Assembly (NCBI GenBank): GCA_963802945.1
Contig: CAWDKY010000017.1
Span: forward strand, 288,001 to 352,000
DNA from: an uncultured delta proteobacterium
GTDB lineage: Bacteria > Desulfobacterota > RBG-13-43-22
Direction of reading: 5' to 3'
Length of the DNA: 64,000 bases
Part shown: positions 21,782 to 31,706 of the stretch, in pieces
How the letters are laid out: each line of letters starts with the position of its first letter
Numbering within the stretch: the first letter of the stretch is position 1
The notes under the pieces: generated by a model
Databases searched by the model: none
Told to the model about the DNA's origin: nothing
Seen by the model: the letters and a program-made list of their open reading frames with translations, nothing else
Made by a program: the position numbers and the translations under genes

Positions 21782-22465
21782 ATGAAAAAAACAGCCTGTA
21801 AGAATTTCAAGAAAATGGCCGGCGATTATTATCAAAATTTGCTTTCACCCGGCCTTGCCGAACAGGTGGAGAATCATTTATCCAAATGCCCATCCTGCAG
21901 GAAAGAATACGAGGAAACCCGAGAGGTTTTGGCTTTATTAAAAGAGGATCGTTTGGCTGATCCGGGGCCCGCTTTTTGGCAAGGACTGAATTCCCGGGTT
22001 ATGGCTCAAGTCCGTCTTTCCAAACCCGAATTCCAAGAAACTCCTTGGTACAAAAAGATTTGGAGAAATCTTTTCGAGTGGCCGGGTTATGCCTGGGCCA
22101 CAGCCTTGATCCTGATATTGTTGACTCCTGTTGCCATTTATACTATTCATATTCAAGCCCATAACGCAACATCAGGCCTGGAAATTCAAGACCAGGCGGC
22201 GAAATGGGAGACAGGGAGTGAGCCCTTGTCCATGGCCGTTGAATCCCTATCCGACAAGGATGCCGTTCGTTTAGCCAAAAGGGTGGTGGCCCGGATGGGG
22301 GAGGACTTACCCGGCCCTACCCGTTTGCTGATGCAAAATGAGACCCATTGGGATATTTCCCGATCCACCGAAGGACTCAATAATGAAGAACTGGAGGTCC
22401 TGATTAAAAAAATGGAAACCGGCAGATCCGGCGGTATGAAGGAGGAAGAAGATTATGACTGTTAA
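21782..22465 (+). CDS. Zinc-binding (zf-HC2) transmembrane anti-sigma factor
   Basis: HLSKCPSC motif plus single TM helix, downstream of ECF sigma. Confidence 0.85.
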   Translation: MKKTACKNFKKMAGDYYQNLLSPGLAEQVENHLSKCPSCRKEYEETREVLALLKEDRLADPGPAFWQGLNSRVMAQVRLSKPEFQETPWYKKIWRNLFEWPGYAWATALILILLTPVAIYTIHIQAHNATSGLEIQDQAAKWETGSEPLSMAVESLSDKDAVRLAKRVVARMGEDLPGPTRLLMQNETHWDISRSTEGLNNEELEVLIKKMETGRSGGMKEEEDYDC

Positions 22466-22973
22466 GAATAGGTTGGGGATCTTTCTTCTTTCGTTGATTC
22501 TTGGAAGTTCTCTGGCTTGGGCCGAACCCTGGAAAGAAGTTAAAGACCCCCGAGAAAGAAGCTGGGAACGAATCAAGACGATCAAGATGTGGAAATTGAC
22601 TGAAGTCCTTAAACTTGACCGGGAAGGATCCGCCCGGTTTTTTACGATCAACCATCAATATGAAGAAAATAAAAGAAAAGTGCATCGTGCATATCACGAG
22701 GATATCCAAAGACTTCGAAATCTTCTGCGGGATATAAATCCTCCGGAACGGGAGTTGCGAGACCTGGTGCTTCGACTAAAAAACCGCAAAAAAGAAATGA
22801 ACGATTTGGAGAATAAGCAAATGGAAGATGAAATGAATTTACTCAAACCTGAACAGCAAGCCAGGTACCTTCTTTTTCAGATAGACTTTCGACGGGAGAT
22901 GGAGGATATGATCCGTGAAGTTCAGGGAGAAAGACCCCCCAGACCGGGATTTGAAAAACTGCCAATAAGATAA
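22455..22973 (+). CDS. Spy/CpxP-like periplasmic helical protein
   Basis: Signal peptide, helical content, L.PEQQARY motif; third gene of ECF operon. Confidence 0.7.
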   Translation: MTVKNRLGIFLLSLILGSSLAWAEPWKEVKDPRERSWERIKTIKMWKLTEVLKLDREGSARFFTINHQYEENKRKVHRAYHEDIQRLRNLLRDINPPERELRDLVLRLKNRKKEMNDLENKQMEDEMNLLKPEQQARYLLFQIDFRREMEDMIREVQGERPPRPGFEKLPIR

Positions 22974-23023
22974 AAAAAACAAATCAGGCAATGGGGATTT
23001 TTAAAAGGAGTTCCTTCTTTAAT

Positions 23024-23509
23024 TTAGCCTTTCTGTTGAAAGGTTTTCCCCGGATATCGAACGGCCATAACGGTGCAATGGGCTCGACGGGCCACATTTT
23101 CGGCGGTACTGCCGAAGGTGATGCGATCCAATTCGGAACTGCCGGCGGCCCCTAAGATGATTAAATCTACATTCTGTGCCCGGGCAAAACGGATGATCTC
23201 CACAAAAGGAACCCCGCTGGCCACATGAAATTCCCAATTATTCCTTAAAGCACCCATTTGGGGTCCATAACGTGCTTTTACTCTTTGGGTGCCTTTTTCA
23301 ATAACCTCCGCAGAGAAAAAGTTTTTTTCGCCGCCCATAACCGATTCATGGCTCACAGTGGGTATATCCTTATAGGGAGCATGCAAAACATGTAAGACGT
23401 AAAGCCGGGCCTGGTATTTTTCGGCTATATCCAAAGCGGTTAAAAAGGCATAATCGGCATCTTCCGAAAAGTCTGTACAGAAAAGAATCCCCTCATATTT
23501 TATGGCCAT
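23024..23509 (-). CDS. Universal stress protein
   Basis: ILFCTDFS, G.PF.EII..A....DLIILG, FGSTAENVARRA. Confidence 0.93.
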   Translation of the reverse strand: MAIKYEGILFCTDFSEDADYAFLTALDIAEKYQARLYVLHVLHAPYKDIPTVSHESVMGGEKNFFSAEVIEKGTQRVKARYGPQMGALRNNWEFHVASGVPFVEIIRFARAQNVDLIILGAAGSSELDRITFGSTAENVARRAHCTVMAVRYPGKTFQQKG

Positions 23510-23621
23510 AGAACCTCCAAGGATGAATATAAGATTTTATATTTCTCATTAATGAAAATGGTTCGATTCAGATTGATGCTCAAGGGCCATTTCAGAATTG
23601 ATAAACCATAGGCCATGAACA

Positions 23622-24407
23622 TTATCTGACGGACCCTGAAGTAAAATTTCCAGCTTGATTTAAATCCGGATTATCTTTATTTTGTCCTTCAAGACGCTCC
23701 TTCTGGATCTTTTGAAGTTTACGCCAGATCACTTTCACCTGTCTGCGGGTTTCTTCAAGAGAACCGGAGTTGTCCACAATCAGATCACAATACCCCTTTT
23801 TTTCTTCCACAGGCATTTGGGACTTTATGATGTTCATAGCCAATTCCTTGCTGATCCCGTCCCGTTCCATCAGCCGTTTCAACTGGACTTCCTCCGGGGC
23901 ATAAACCATCAACAGGAGGTCGAACAAGGTTTGTAGATGAGCCTCAATGAGAAGCGCACCTACCACCTGGATGATGACCGGTTTTTCCCCTTGAGAGAGT
24001 TTTTCGACCCGCTTTAAATAGGCTTCAAACATTCTCGGGTGGGTGAAGCTTTCCAGTTTTGTACGTTTTTCCTTATCCCGAAAAACGATCTCTTTGAGCT
24101 TCTCCCGGTCGAGGGTTTTGTCTTCCGACAGGACCTGTTCTCCAAAATAAGAAACAACATCCCGGTAGGCCGGGTTGCCGGGTTCCATAACCTCCCGGCT
24201 TAAGACATCAAAATCGATCATTGGGGCGCCCATAACCTCCAGCATCCTGGCCACAGTGGACTTTCCCGTGGCAATACTGCCCGTTACCCCAAGCAGGAGT
24301 CGGCGGGGATTTCGTTTGAGCCTGCCTGATTCGGTCTCTCTGCGAACTGGGTCCTCTCCATCTTGACTGGTGTTCACGACGCTCTCCTTTCCCCTTTTCC
24401 TTTTCAC
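23622..24407 (-). CDS. coaE: Dephospho-CoA kinase
   Basis: GVTGSIATGKST, LDR.KL...VF, THP, RLMERDG, SQMP; start uncertain (N-terminal extension). Confidence 0.92.
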   Translation of the reverse strand: MKRKRGKESVVNTSQDGEDPVRRETESGRLKRNPRRLLLGVTGSIATGKSTVARMLEVMGAPMIDFDVLSREVMEPGNPAYRDVVSYFGEQVLSEDKTLDREKLKEIVFRDKEKRTKLESFTHPRMFEAYLKRVEKLSQGEKPVIIQVVGALLIEAHLQTLFDLLLMVYAPEEVQLKRLMERDGISKELAMNIIKSQMPVEEKKGYCDLIVDNSGSLEETRRQVKVIWRKLQKIQKERLEGQNKDNPDLNQAGNFTSGSVR

Positions 24408-24769
24408 CTCTTGCCTGTTGCCCCCGGCCCGGAAACCATTTTCTAAAAGGATTACTATATTCCTGGTCGGGGAGCAAATGAAAAAAATCGATTCAGATTA
24501 ATAAAATAACTTTTGATTTTTTTGGGCGGAATTAGCCGATGGTTTGGGTTCAAAATGGCCGGATTTGTCCTCATTTTCAAAAAAATCCGGCTTTGAAGGT
24601 CCATTTCGAGCCCTTCTTAAAAATGATGAGCAGGCAGATATTTTTCTTGATTGCTGCAACCTTGTCGTGCTAATTTGCTAAAATTATTGAAACACCCTGT
24701 CCCCTGCCGAACGGATGTCGGCAGCTTAAAATCCATCAACCCAAGGTTTCTATATTAGGGGAAGGCACT

Positions 24770-26470
24770 ATGTTTTTTAAAACCAGTCTTTATGTTGCTT
24801 TGATTCTTTTCGGGATCGGGACGGTTTATAAAGTCCTGATGTGGTTTCGACGACAAGCCGGCGATCCATTGAGAAAAATAACCGCCCCCAAGCGAGTTTT
24901 TGAGGCCGTCAAAGGAATATTTTCAACTATTTTTAGCCTAAAACTGTTTCGTCTGATCAAAGTCTGGTTTTTGGAAGTCTTCATTCAAAAACAGATAGGC
25001 CGGGAAGGTTTTGTCCGCTGGTTCATGCATTTTTGCATCGCCTATGGATTTATCTTTCTGCTTTTGATGCATGCCTTGGATCGCTTTGTCAGCCAAAAGT
25101 TGTTTGCCGAATACCAGGCCACTCTCAATCCCTTTCTTTTCCTTCGGAATCTGTTCGGGGGCATGATGCTGGTTGGCCTGGGAATCGCTGTCTATCGCCG
25201 GATCTCCAACCGGACCATGCGCTTGACTACACGGGGTGTGGATATCTATGCCTTGGTGGTTTTGGCCTTGATTGTCCTTTCCGGTTTTTTCCTGGAGGCC
25301 ACCAAGATCGTCTCCCATGAGCGATATGAAGAAATGATTTCCGAATATTCTTCCATATCGGATGAGCAGGAAGCCCAGGCTTTGAAGGCCTATTGGGCCA
25401 AGGAATTTGCCGTAGTTTTTCCCAAGTCCCCGGCCATGGATGCCGCTTCATTAGCCAAAGGGAAAGAGGTCCATCTCCTTAATTGCGCATCCTGTCATTC
25501 GAGGCCGACTGCGGCCTTTGTTTCTTACGAGCTGGCCAAGGCGATTACCCCTTCGGCACTTTTTTTGAGTCAGAAAACCATTAGAGAATCCCTACTCTAT
25601 TTTCACTTCCTGGTCTGTTTTCTGGGGCTGGCTTTGCTGCCTTTCACCAAATTTTTCCATATCCTGACCAGCCCTCTGGTGCTCCTGATCAATGGGGTGA
25701 TGGATCGGGCCAAGGCTTCCCCGGCTAATATTGCCACGGTCCAGGCCATCGAGCTGGATGCCTGCACCCATTGTGCCACCTGCAGCCTGCATTGTTCAGT
25801 GGGACCGATATTTCAAGAGATCCCCAATAAAACTATTTTGCCTTCTGAAAAATTGGCGGCTTTATCTGCCCTGGCCCCTAAGAACGGGAAGTCCATACCT
25901 ATCCTGTCGGTTATCAGCGAAGGGGCTTCCATCTGCACCAAATGTTATCGCTGCACCACCGTTTGTCCGGTGGGGATCGACCTTCAAGATCAGTGGCTGA
26001 CTCTGGACAAGGGATTGATTCATCTGGAATGTCCCGAACCTTTCATCCGGGTACGAAACGCCTTCACGGCCAAGTTCGATTCGGATCGAAAAAAAGCCAT
26101 TGTTCCTTTAACGTCAGCCAATAAAAAATTCAAACAGGGTGTGGGGCTTTCACTTCAGGGCAGTACCTTTCATCATTGTTTCACCTGTATGACCTGTTCC
26201 AATTCCTGTCCGGTGGTGGTCCATTATCAAAATCCCGGCGAAAAATTGGGATTACTGCCCCATCAAATTATGCAAAGTTTGAAATACGGAATTCAGGATA
26301 ATGTCTTGGGGGCCGGCATGGTCTGGGACTGCCTGGGCTGTTATAATTGCCAGGAAAACTGTCCTCAGGGGATCCGGGTAACTGATATCTTCTTTGAACT
26401 TAAAAATGAAGCTTACCAACAGGGTAAGAATCTGACTCCCGGGGAACGGGAATCGGGAGAACCGTCATGA
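24770..26470 (+). CDS. Membrane NarI/HdrE-like cytochrome b fused to a CxxCH loop and two HdrC-like dicluster domains
   Basis: TM helices with RW.MH, LMHA, FHF, KFFH His residues; CASCH; four CxxCxxCxxxC motifs. Confidence 0.8.
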   Translation: MFFKTSLYVALILFGIGTVYKVLMWFRRQAGDPLRKITAPKRVFEAVKGIFSTIFSLKLFRLIKVWFLEVFIQKQIGREGFVRWFMHFCIAYGFIFLLLMHALDRFVSQKLFAEYQATLNPFLFLRNLFGGMMLVGLGIAVYRRISNRTMRLTTRGVDIYALVVLALIVLSGFFLEATKIVSHERYEEMISEYSSISDEQEAQALKAYWAKEFAVVFPKSPAMDAASLAKGKEVHLLNCASCHSRPTAAFVSYELAKAITPSALFLSQKTIRESLLYFHFLVCFLGLALLPFTKFFHILTSPLVLLINGVMDRAKASPANIATVQAIELDACTHCATCSLHCSVGPIFQEIPNKTILPSEKLAALSALAPKNGKSIPILSVISEGASICTKCYRCTTVCPVGIDLQDQWLTLDKGLIHLECPEPFIRVRNAFTAKFDSDRKKAIVPLTSANKKFKQGVGLSLQGSTFHHCFTCMTCSNSCPVVVHYQNPGEKLGLLPHQIMQSLKYGIQDNVLGAGMVWDCLGCYNCQENCPQGIRVTDIFFELKNEAYQQGKNLTPGERESGEPS

Positions 26471-27321
26471 GATACAGCTTATTTCCAGGATGCAAAATCC
26501 CTTACTATGTCCCCCAATATGAAACCTCCAGTAGAAAGGTTTTGGAACAATTCGATGTCGAATTAGAAAATATTGAATTTAATTGCTGCGGATACCCTGT
26601 CCGCTTTCTGGACTTCAAGGCCTTTATCCTTTCTTCGGCCAGAAATATCGCTCTGGCCGGTGAAAAAGGGTTGCCTTTGCTCTGCCTTTGCAAGTGTTGT
26701 TACGGGACGTTACGGTATGCGGATATTCTGTTGAGAAAAGATGAAGCCCTTTTGAAAGAAATCAACGAAGAGTTAAAGGCCGATGGCCTCCAATATCCGG
26801 AACGCCTGGAAATCAAGCACCTGTTAAATGTCCTCTATGAAGACATCAATCCGGAAAAAATCCAGAAAAAAAATGTCCGCCCATTTCAGGGTCTAAAGGT
26901 AGCTGCCCATTATGGGTGTCATATCCTGCGTCCCCACGATGTGGTCCAATTTGACAACCCGGTTAATCCGAATAAATTTGAGAAACTCATAGAAGTGACC
27001 GGGGCATCCAGCGTGGACTGGCCGCTCCGACTTCAATGTTGCGGAGACTCCATGCATGGGAAGAACGATGTTTTGGCACAGGAGATGGGGGAGAAAAAGA
27101 TCAGATCGGCTTCAGATGCCGGGGCTGATCTGATTTGTGTTGGTTGCACCCACTGTCAGATGCAGTTCGACCGGATTGGCAGTCAAATGAAGGAACAAGG
27201 GGAAAACGGGAAAGTCCTGCCTTCTATTCTTTACTCACAATTGCTGGGCCTGAGCCTGGGGCTGGAAGCTGTTGCCCTGGGGATTGATGAAAAGACACCG
27301 GGGTTGAGGGACCTGCTTTAA
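26467..27321 (+). CDS. Heterodisulfide reductase subunit B-like protein
   Basis: FPGC, NCCG, HYGCH..RP, QCCG, CTHC.MQFD; ATGA overlap with upstream gene. Confidence 0.88.
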   Translation: MRYSLFPGCKIPYYVPQYETSSRKVLEQFDVELENIEFNCCGYPVRFLDFKAFILSSARNIALAGEKGLPLLCLCKCCYGTLRYADILLRKDEALLKEINEELKADGLQYPERLEIKHLLNVLYEDINPEKIQKKNVRPFQGLKVAAHYGCHILRPHDVVQFDNPVNPNKFEKLIEVTGASSVDWPLRLQCCGDSMHGKNDVLAQEMGEKKIRSASDAGADLICVGCTHCQMQFDRIGSQMKEQGENGKVLPSILYSQLLGLSLGLEAVALGIDEKTPGLRDLL

Positions 27322-27478
27322 TTCGAAAATACTTTTTATCGTTTAGCCCCGCAAAACGGAACCATTTTCATTCTTTGTGGTGCCCTCTGTAAGTCATCCT
27401 CCTGTCAAATGGGCTTTGGGGGAAGATGTACCTGTTTTGAATCAATCAAGATAAATTATTGGAATAGGGTGGATAACT

Positions 27479-28657
27479 ATGTTCAACCGGGAAACCTGCA
27501 AACGCTGCGGTGTATGTCTAATGCTGTGTCCTTTTCTTGAGCTGCCTAAAGAACAGGCCAAGGAAGAGGTGGCCCAAATGATAGAAAAGATGGAGTCAAA
27601 AATCGTGTTAAAAAATTGTGCCGGTTGCTCCTATTGCGATGTCATTTGTCCGACCCAGTCCAACCCTTCCGAACTTCGAAAGGAGGTTAAGCTAAAAAAA
27701 AGCCGGGAGAGAGGCGTGCCCGGTTTATCTATCATCTCCGAACAAGTTCCCTGGAACCTTATGTCCATCGGCTTGGAGTTTGAAAAAGAGGAGAAGCGAA
27801 AAGCCCTATCTGACTTTTCAAACCCCGCTTACAATGAAGAAGTTTTTTATCTGGGATGCAGTTTGTCCCATATATACACCGATCTGGCCCAAACCCGGTT
27901 GTTGGAAAAATTGCCCATTGTCGGCGGTATGAAATACTGTTGCGGCGGATACGTCCACAACAACTTCGGGAAGGAAGAGGCGGCCATCAAAGGTAGACAG
28001 CTGCTTAAGGAATTAAAAGCCATCGGAGTTAAAAAAATGGTTACCTTCTGCCCGGGATGTGACCATATGATCAGCGGGGTCTATCCTGAAATCATCCCGG
28101 AATTCGATATCAAAACCATAACCATCGATGAATATCTTCTTGAACAACATCAAATAGGACAGTTAGAATTTATCCAACCCATAAACAAACGGGTGACTTT
28201 TCATGACTCCTGCACCTGGCGGAAGTTAGGGTCCGAAATCTATGAAAAACCCCGCCGGCTTCTTGAAAAGATGGGGGCAGAGGTGGTGGAAATGAAACAC
28301 AATCGCAGGGAGTCCATGTGCTGCGGTGCCCCCTTGTCCGGAAGAAATCCCCAGGCGGCGGCCGACATCGCCCGGAAAAGGGTGTTGGAAGCCAGGGAAG
28401 CCGGGGTGGAGGCCATCGTGATCAGCTGCACAGGATGTTTCGCCCTGTCGGAACAGGCCGCCGAGCAGGGACTGGAGATTTACAATATTACCGAATTAGC
28501 CCAGATGGCCATCGGGGAAAGGCCTCCTCACCGGATCGATGAAATTAAAAAAAACCTAACCCGGAATATTATGACCAAACTCGCCGAGAATCCGGAGGTC
28601 TTAAGGCAAAGATACACCCTTAAAAACGGTGAGATAGAGCCTATTAATTTGTTTTAA
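27479..28657 (+). CDS. Fe-S oxidoreductase (dicluster + two CCG domains)
   Basis: CKRCGVCLMLCP, CAGCSYCDVICP, YCCG, FHDSC, MCCG. Confidence 0.85.
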   Translation: MFNRETCKRCGVCLMLCPFLELPKEQAKEEVAQMIEKMESKIVLKNCAGCSYCDVICPTQSNPSELRKEVKLKKSRERGVPGLSIISEQVPWNLMSIGLEFEKEEKRKALSDFSNPAYNEEVFYLGCSLSHIYTDLAQTRLLEKLPIVGGMKYCCGGYVHNNFGKEEAAIKGRQLLKELKAIGVKKMVTFCPGCDHMISGVYPEIIPEFDIKTITIDEYLLEQHQIGQLEFIQPINKRVTFHDSCTWRKLGSEIYEKPRRLLEKMGAEVVEMKHNRRESMCCGAPLSGRNPQAAADIARKRVLEAREAGVEAIVISCTGCFALSEQAAEQGLEIYNITELAQMAIGERPPHRIDEIKKNLTRNIMTKLAENPEVLRQRYTLKNGEIEPINLF

Positions 28658-28729
28658 TACCCCTTCCGTAAGCCATCGTTTCTTGCGGAAACAGCTTGTG
28701 AACAATTCAATCCAAAGGAGGTCAAAAAA

Positions 28730-29752
28730 ATGTGGGCTGCTTCAAAATGCGATTTTTGCGGTGATTGCCTGGTCAAATGTCGTTATGCCGGTTTCGATCG
28801 GGACAAAGCTGTGACGGAAATAAAACTACTGGCAGAGGGGAAAGAGGCCGACATCCTTAATCGATGCATTACCTGCGTTGCCTGTACCAACTACTGCCCG
28901 ACCGGTGCTGATCCTTCCAACCTTATCTTTCGAATGCAGGAAAAGATCGGTACCGCTCCTTTGATCGTAAACACCAAACCGGTTCACGAAATGTTGGCTA
29001 AAGGACTCGAAGGCCGAGGTGCTCCTGTAGAGATGATCCCGGGAGACCCGAACAAACCCGTTCTGTCTTTCGACTCCTTCGAATATAAACAATTTCCCGA
29101 GGGTACGCTCGAAAGCAGGCTGTTTAAAGGCATGACCGTGGTCAGGGGACCGGAGTACATGTCTTTGGCCGGTTGTGTCCATATGGGCGGAGAAAGCTTC
29201 GCCGGGAAGTATGCCGGCAGAGTGATCGGTAAGCTGGCCGAGTTGGGGAAGGATATTGTTTATCTCCATAATGAAGGGTATGCGCTGGCCCATGTTAAAG
29301 CCAAGGAGCTGGGAATCACCGTGCCCTTTAAATATCAGCATTTATATGAATACCTGCTGGATTATCTCAAAGGCAACCGGGGTGACATCACTCCTTTGAA
29401 TAAAAAGGTCGCCTACCAGGCCAACTGCGCCACCCGATGGCTGCCGGAACAGGACCCCTGGTTGGATGAGATCTTCTCTCTTATCGGAGTCGAACGCCCA
29501 CCCAGGCAGTATGAAAAACTGAATGCCCTCTGTTGCAGTGGACCTGTTATCGGCATCAACAAAGAGCTGGCCATTGATATGCAGGAAAAGAATGTAAGAG
29601 ATGCTTTGGATTGCGGTGCTCAGGCCATGATCACAATGTGTCCCATATGTGACGCGGTTCTGCGGCGCCCCACCTCGCGTTTGGGTCTGCCCAAGATTTT
29701 CATTACGGATTTGTGCCGCATGGCCCTGGGAGAGATAGCCTGGCCGGTATAA
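28730..29752 (+). CDS. Fe-S oxidoreductase (dicluster + CCG-like domain)
   Basis: CDFCGDCLVKC, CITCVACTNYCP, LCCS, CPIC. Confidence 0.82.
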   Translation: MWAASKCDFCGDCLVKCRYAGFDRDKAVTEIKLLAEGKEADILNRCITCVACTNYCPTGADPSNLIFRMQEKIGTAPLIVNTKPVHEMLAKGLEGRGAPVEMIPGDPNKPVLSFDSFEYKQFPEGTLESRLFKGMTVVRGPEYMSLAGCVHMGGESFAGKYAGRVIGKLAELGKDIVYLHNEGYALAHVKAKELGITVPFKYQHLYEYLLDYLKGNRGDITPLNKKVAYQANCATRWLPEQDPWLDEIFSLIGVERPPRQYEKLNALCCSGPVIGINKELAIDMQEKNVRDALDCGAQAMITMCPICDAVLRRPTSRLGLPKIFITDLCRMALGEIAWPV

Positions 29753-29808
29753 GAGAGTTAACTTTTTTTGAAATTATTCAAGAAACCTATTAGAAGGGGA
29801 ATTTAAAT

Positions 29809-30291
29809 ATGCCGAATAAATTGTCACTGGAAGAAGCAAAAGAGAAGGCTTTGGAATTTCTTCACAAAGGATATCACTGAGGCCCATCGGTCCTGCAAGT
29901 TATGTGGGAAACGTACGATATGGGTAATGAAGATTTTCTTTGGGCAGGTATTCCATTCAACGGAGGGATCAGTGGACATCAAAATGCCCCGTGCGGCGCG
30001 ATTTCCGCATCGGCCATATCCTTGGGGTTGAGACACCGTTGTTCCCTGGCGGACAAAGAGAAGGTTAAACAGGCCAGAAACACTATTCGCCTCCAGGCTG
30101 GAAAATTGTTAGATGATTTCACCAACCAATTCGGTGACATCACCTGCCGAGGTCTTCTGGGCTTAGATTTTAATATCCTTGGCGAGTACCAGAAGTTTCG
30201 GGAATCGGGAAAATCAAAGGATACCTGCGAAAAGTATGTCCTGTATGTTATTGAGAAACTTTATTCCTTCGAACAGGAGAAAGATTTGTAA
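29809..30291 (+). CDS. C-GCAxxG-C-C family redox protein, predicted selenoprotein (TGA 29878-29880 = Sec24)
   Basis: ATG 29809 with RBS reads MPNKLSLEEAKEKALEFLHKGYH-TGA-GPSVLQV in frame into ORF 29902; TGA occupies the family's first conserved Cys position; PCGAIS, ITC, DTC follow. Confidence 0.85.
29881..29925 (+). promoter_or_regulatory. SECIS-like hairpin
   Basis: UCCUGCA-AGUUA-UGUGGGA apical stem-loop starting its loop 17 nt after UGA, lower stem CCCAU/AUGGG. Confidence 0.7.
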
Positions 30292-30399
30292 TTAGCATGG
30301 CAATAAATGTGTTCATTATTAACGGCGTCTTCAAAGCATCTTGGCGCATGGGGGGAGATTTCTTCCCGTGGTTGGAGCCTTTATCATCCAAATTGATTG

Positions 30400-31356
30400 C
30401 TAAGCGGTAAAGGTCAATTTAGTCCCCGACATGTTTAAAAGAAATTGTGTCGGCATCTCTTTTTCTATATGCATAATGGCCTTGCGGCCGGTGCAGTGGG
30501 TAGGGACGACAAAGGTCGGATTGAACTTCTTTAACTCTTCTGTCGTTCGACCGATAATGGGCTCGAAGGCCGGGCCAGACAGATGGAAGCCTCCCATGAC
30601 GGCATGGATTTTTTCAATACCCGTCACTTCTTGGGCATGACGGACTGTATTGACGATACCGGAATGGGCGCAGCCGGAAAGAATGACCAGGCCTTTGCCC
30701 TTGAGATTTATCACGACGGATGTGTCATCTTCAATGGGGTCCCACTTTTCCGCGCCGTTTTCTTCAAAATGGGCAACAGCAAACCCTTTTTCGAAATCCG
30801 TCTGCCGGGGGATTTCCCCCAAAAATAAGATATCGCCAGCAAGGAGCGGATAAGGGTTTTTGGTTTCCATAATTTGAAAGCCCGCCTGTTCAATATTTTC
30901 CTTTGTCAATTTTGGAAAATAGATCTTTAATTGATCGTTGATTTTAAAGTATCGCGGTGATTTGAAAGCAGCAGGGTGGATAGCAATGGGGATGTCTTTC
31001 TTGCCGATCATGGCCCCAAGTGTTGCAATGCCGCCCGTATGGTCGCTGTGACCGTGAGAAAGCGCCACCGCCTCCACCTGCGTCATGTCTGCGTCGAGGG
31101 CTTTCGCATTGGCTGCCGCCCCATATTCGGAAAAGCCAAAATCGAACAACAGGGTTCGCGTCCGATCACCCGTTTGTGTTTTTACAACGGCGCAATAGCC
31201 GTGTTCCGCCAAAATGGACTGGCGAATATTGCCCTCCTTCACCACTGCTGCACGTTTGATGATTTCACTATTGTCGCCGGCGGTAATCTCAATGTAATTG
31301 TCCTGCAGGGTCAGTATTTCGCATTTGTCGACTGCTTTTAACGGATATTGCGCCAT
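30400..31356 (-). CDS. MBL-fold metallo-hydrolase
   Basis: AEHG, LFDFG, SHGHSDHTGG, SGCAHSG, GGFHL, PTHCTG. Confidence 0.9.
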   Translation of the reverse strand: MAQYPLKAVDKCEILTLQDNYIEITAGDNSEIIKRAAVVKEGNIRQSILAEHGYCAVVKTQTGDRTRTLLFDFGFSEYGAAANAKALDADMTQVEAVALSHGHSDHTGGIATLGAMIGKKDIPIAIHPAAFKSPRYFKINDQLKIYFPKLTKENIEQAGFQIMETKNPYPLLAGDILFLGEIPRQTDFEKGFAVAHFEENGAEKWDPIEDDTSVVINLKGKGLVILSGCAHSGIVNTVRHAQEVTGIEKIHAVMGGFHLSGPAFEPIIGRTTEELKKFNPTFVVPTHCTGRKAIMHIEKEMPTQFLLNMSGTKLTFTA

Positions 31357-31386
31357 CGTTCAAATCCCCCTCTTTTCAAATATTTT

Positions 31387-31670
31387 TTAATCGAACGCCA
31401 TGCTCGTCTTCCAGACTTCACAAGCCTTGCCCACCAAATCCGTACCGGGTGTTAAGGTCGTTTTGCCCGGCTGCCGGCCTGATGGCGTGGCCTTACTGGT
31501 GTCCCGAGCATGTCGAAAGGCCTTGACCTGCCTAAGGAGTTCCGAGATATTTCTGCCAACAGGAGGGGTGAGGATTTCTATGGCCTGGATAATCCCGTCA
31601 GGGTCTATCTGGAAACAGCCCCTGATGCCGACACCGGCGTCTTAATCATAGACACCATAAAACTTTCCTT
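31387..31670 (-). pseudogene. C-terminal remnant of an AhpC/PrxU-type peroxiredoxin
   Basis: Reads YGVYD*DAGVGIRGCFQIDPDGIIQAIEILTPPVGRNISELLRQVKAF...TPSG..PGK.TL.PG.DLVGK..EVWK..MAFD; internal TAA, no N-terminus. Confidence 0.75.
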
Positions 31671-31706
31671 GCATGGAAGATTCCCTGCATCTGGTCCAGA
31701 AAATCT

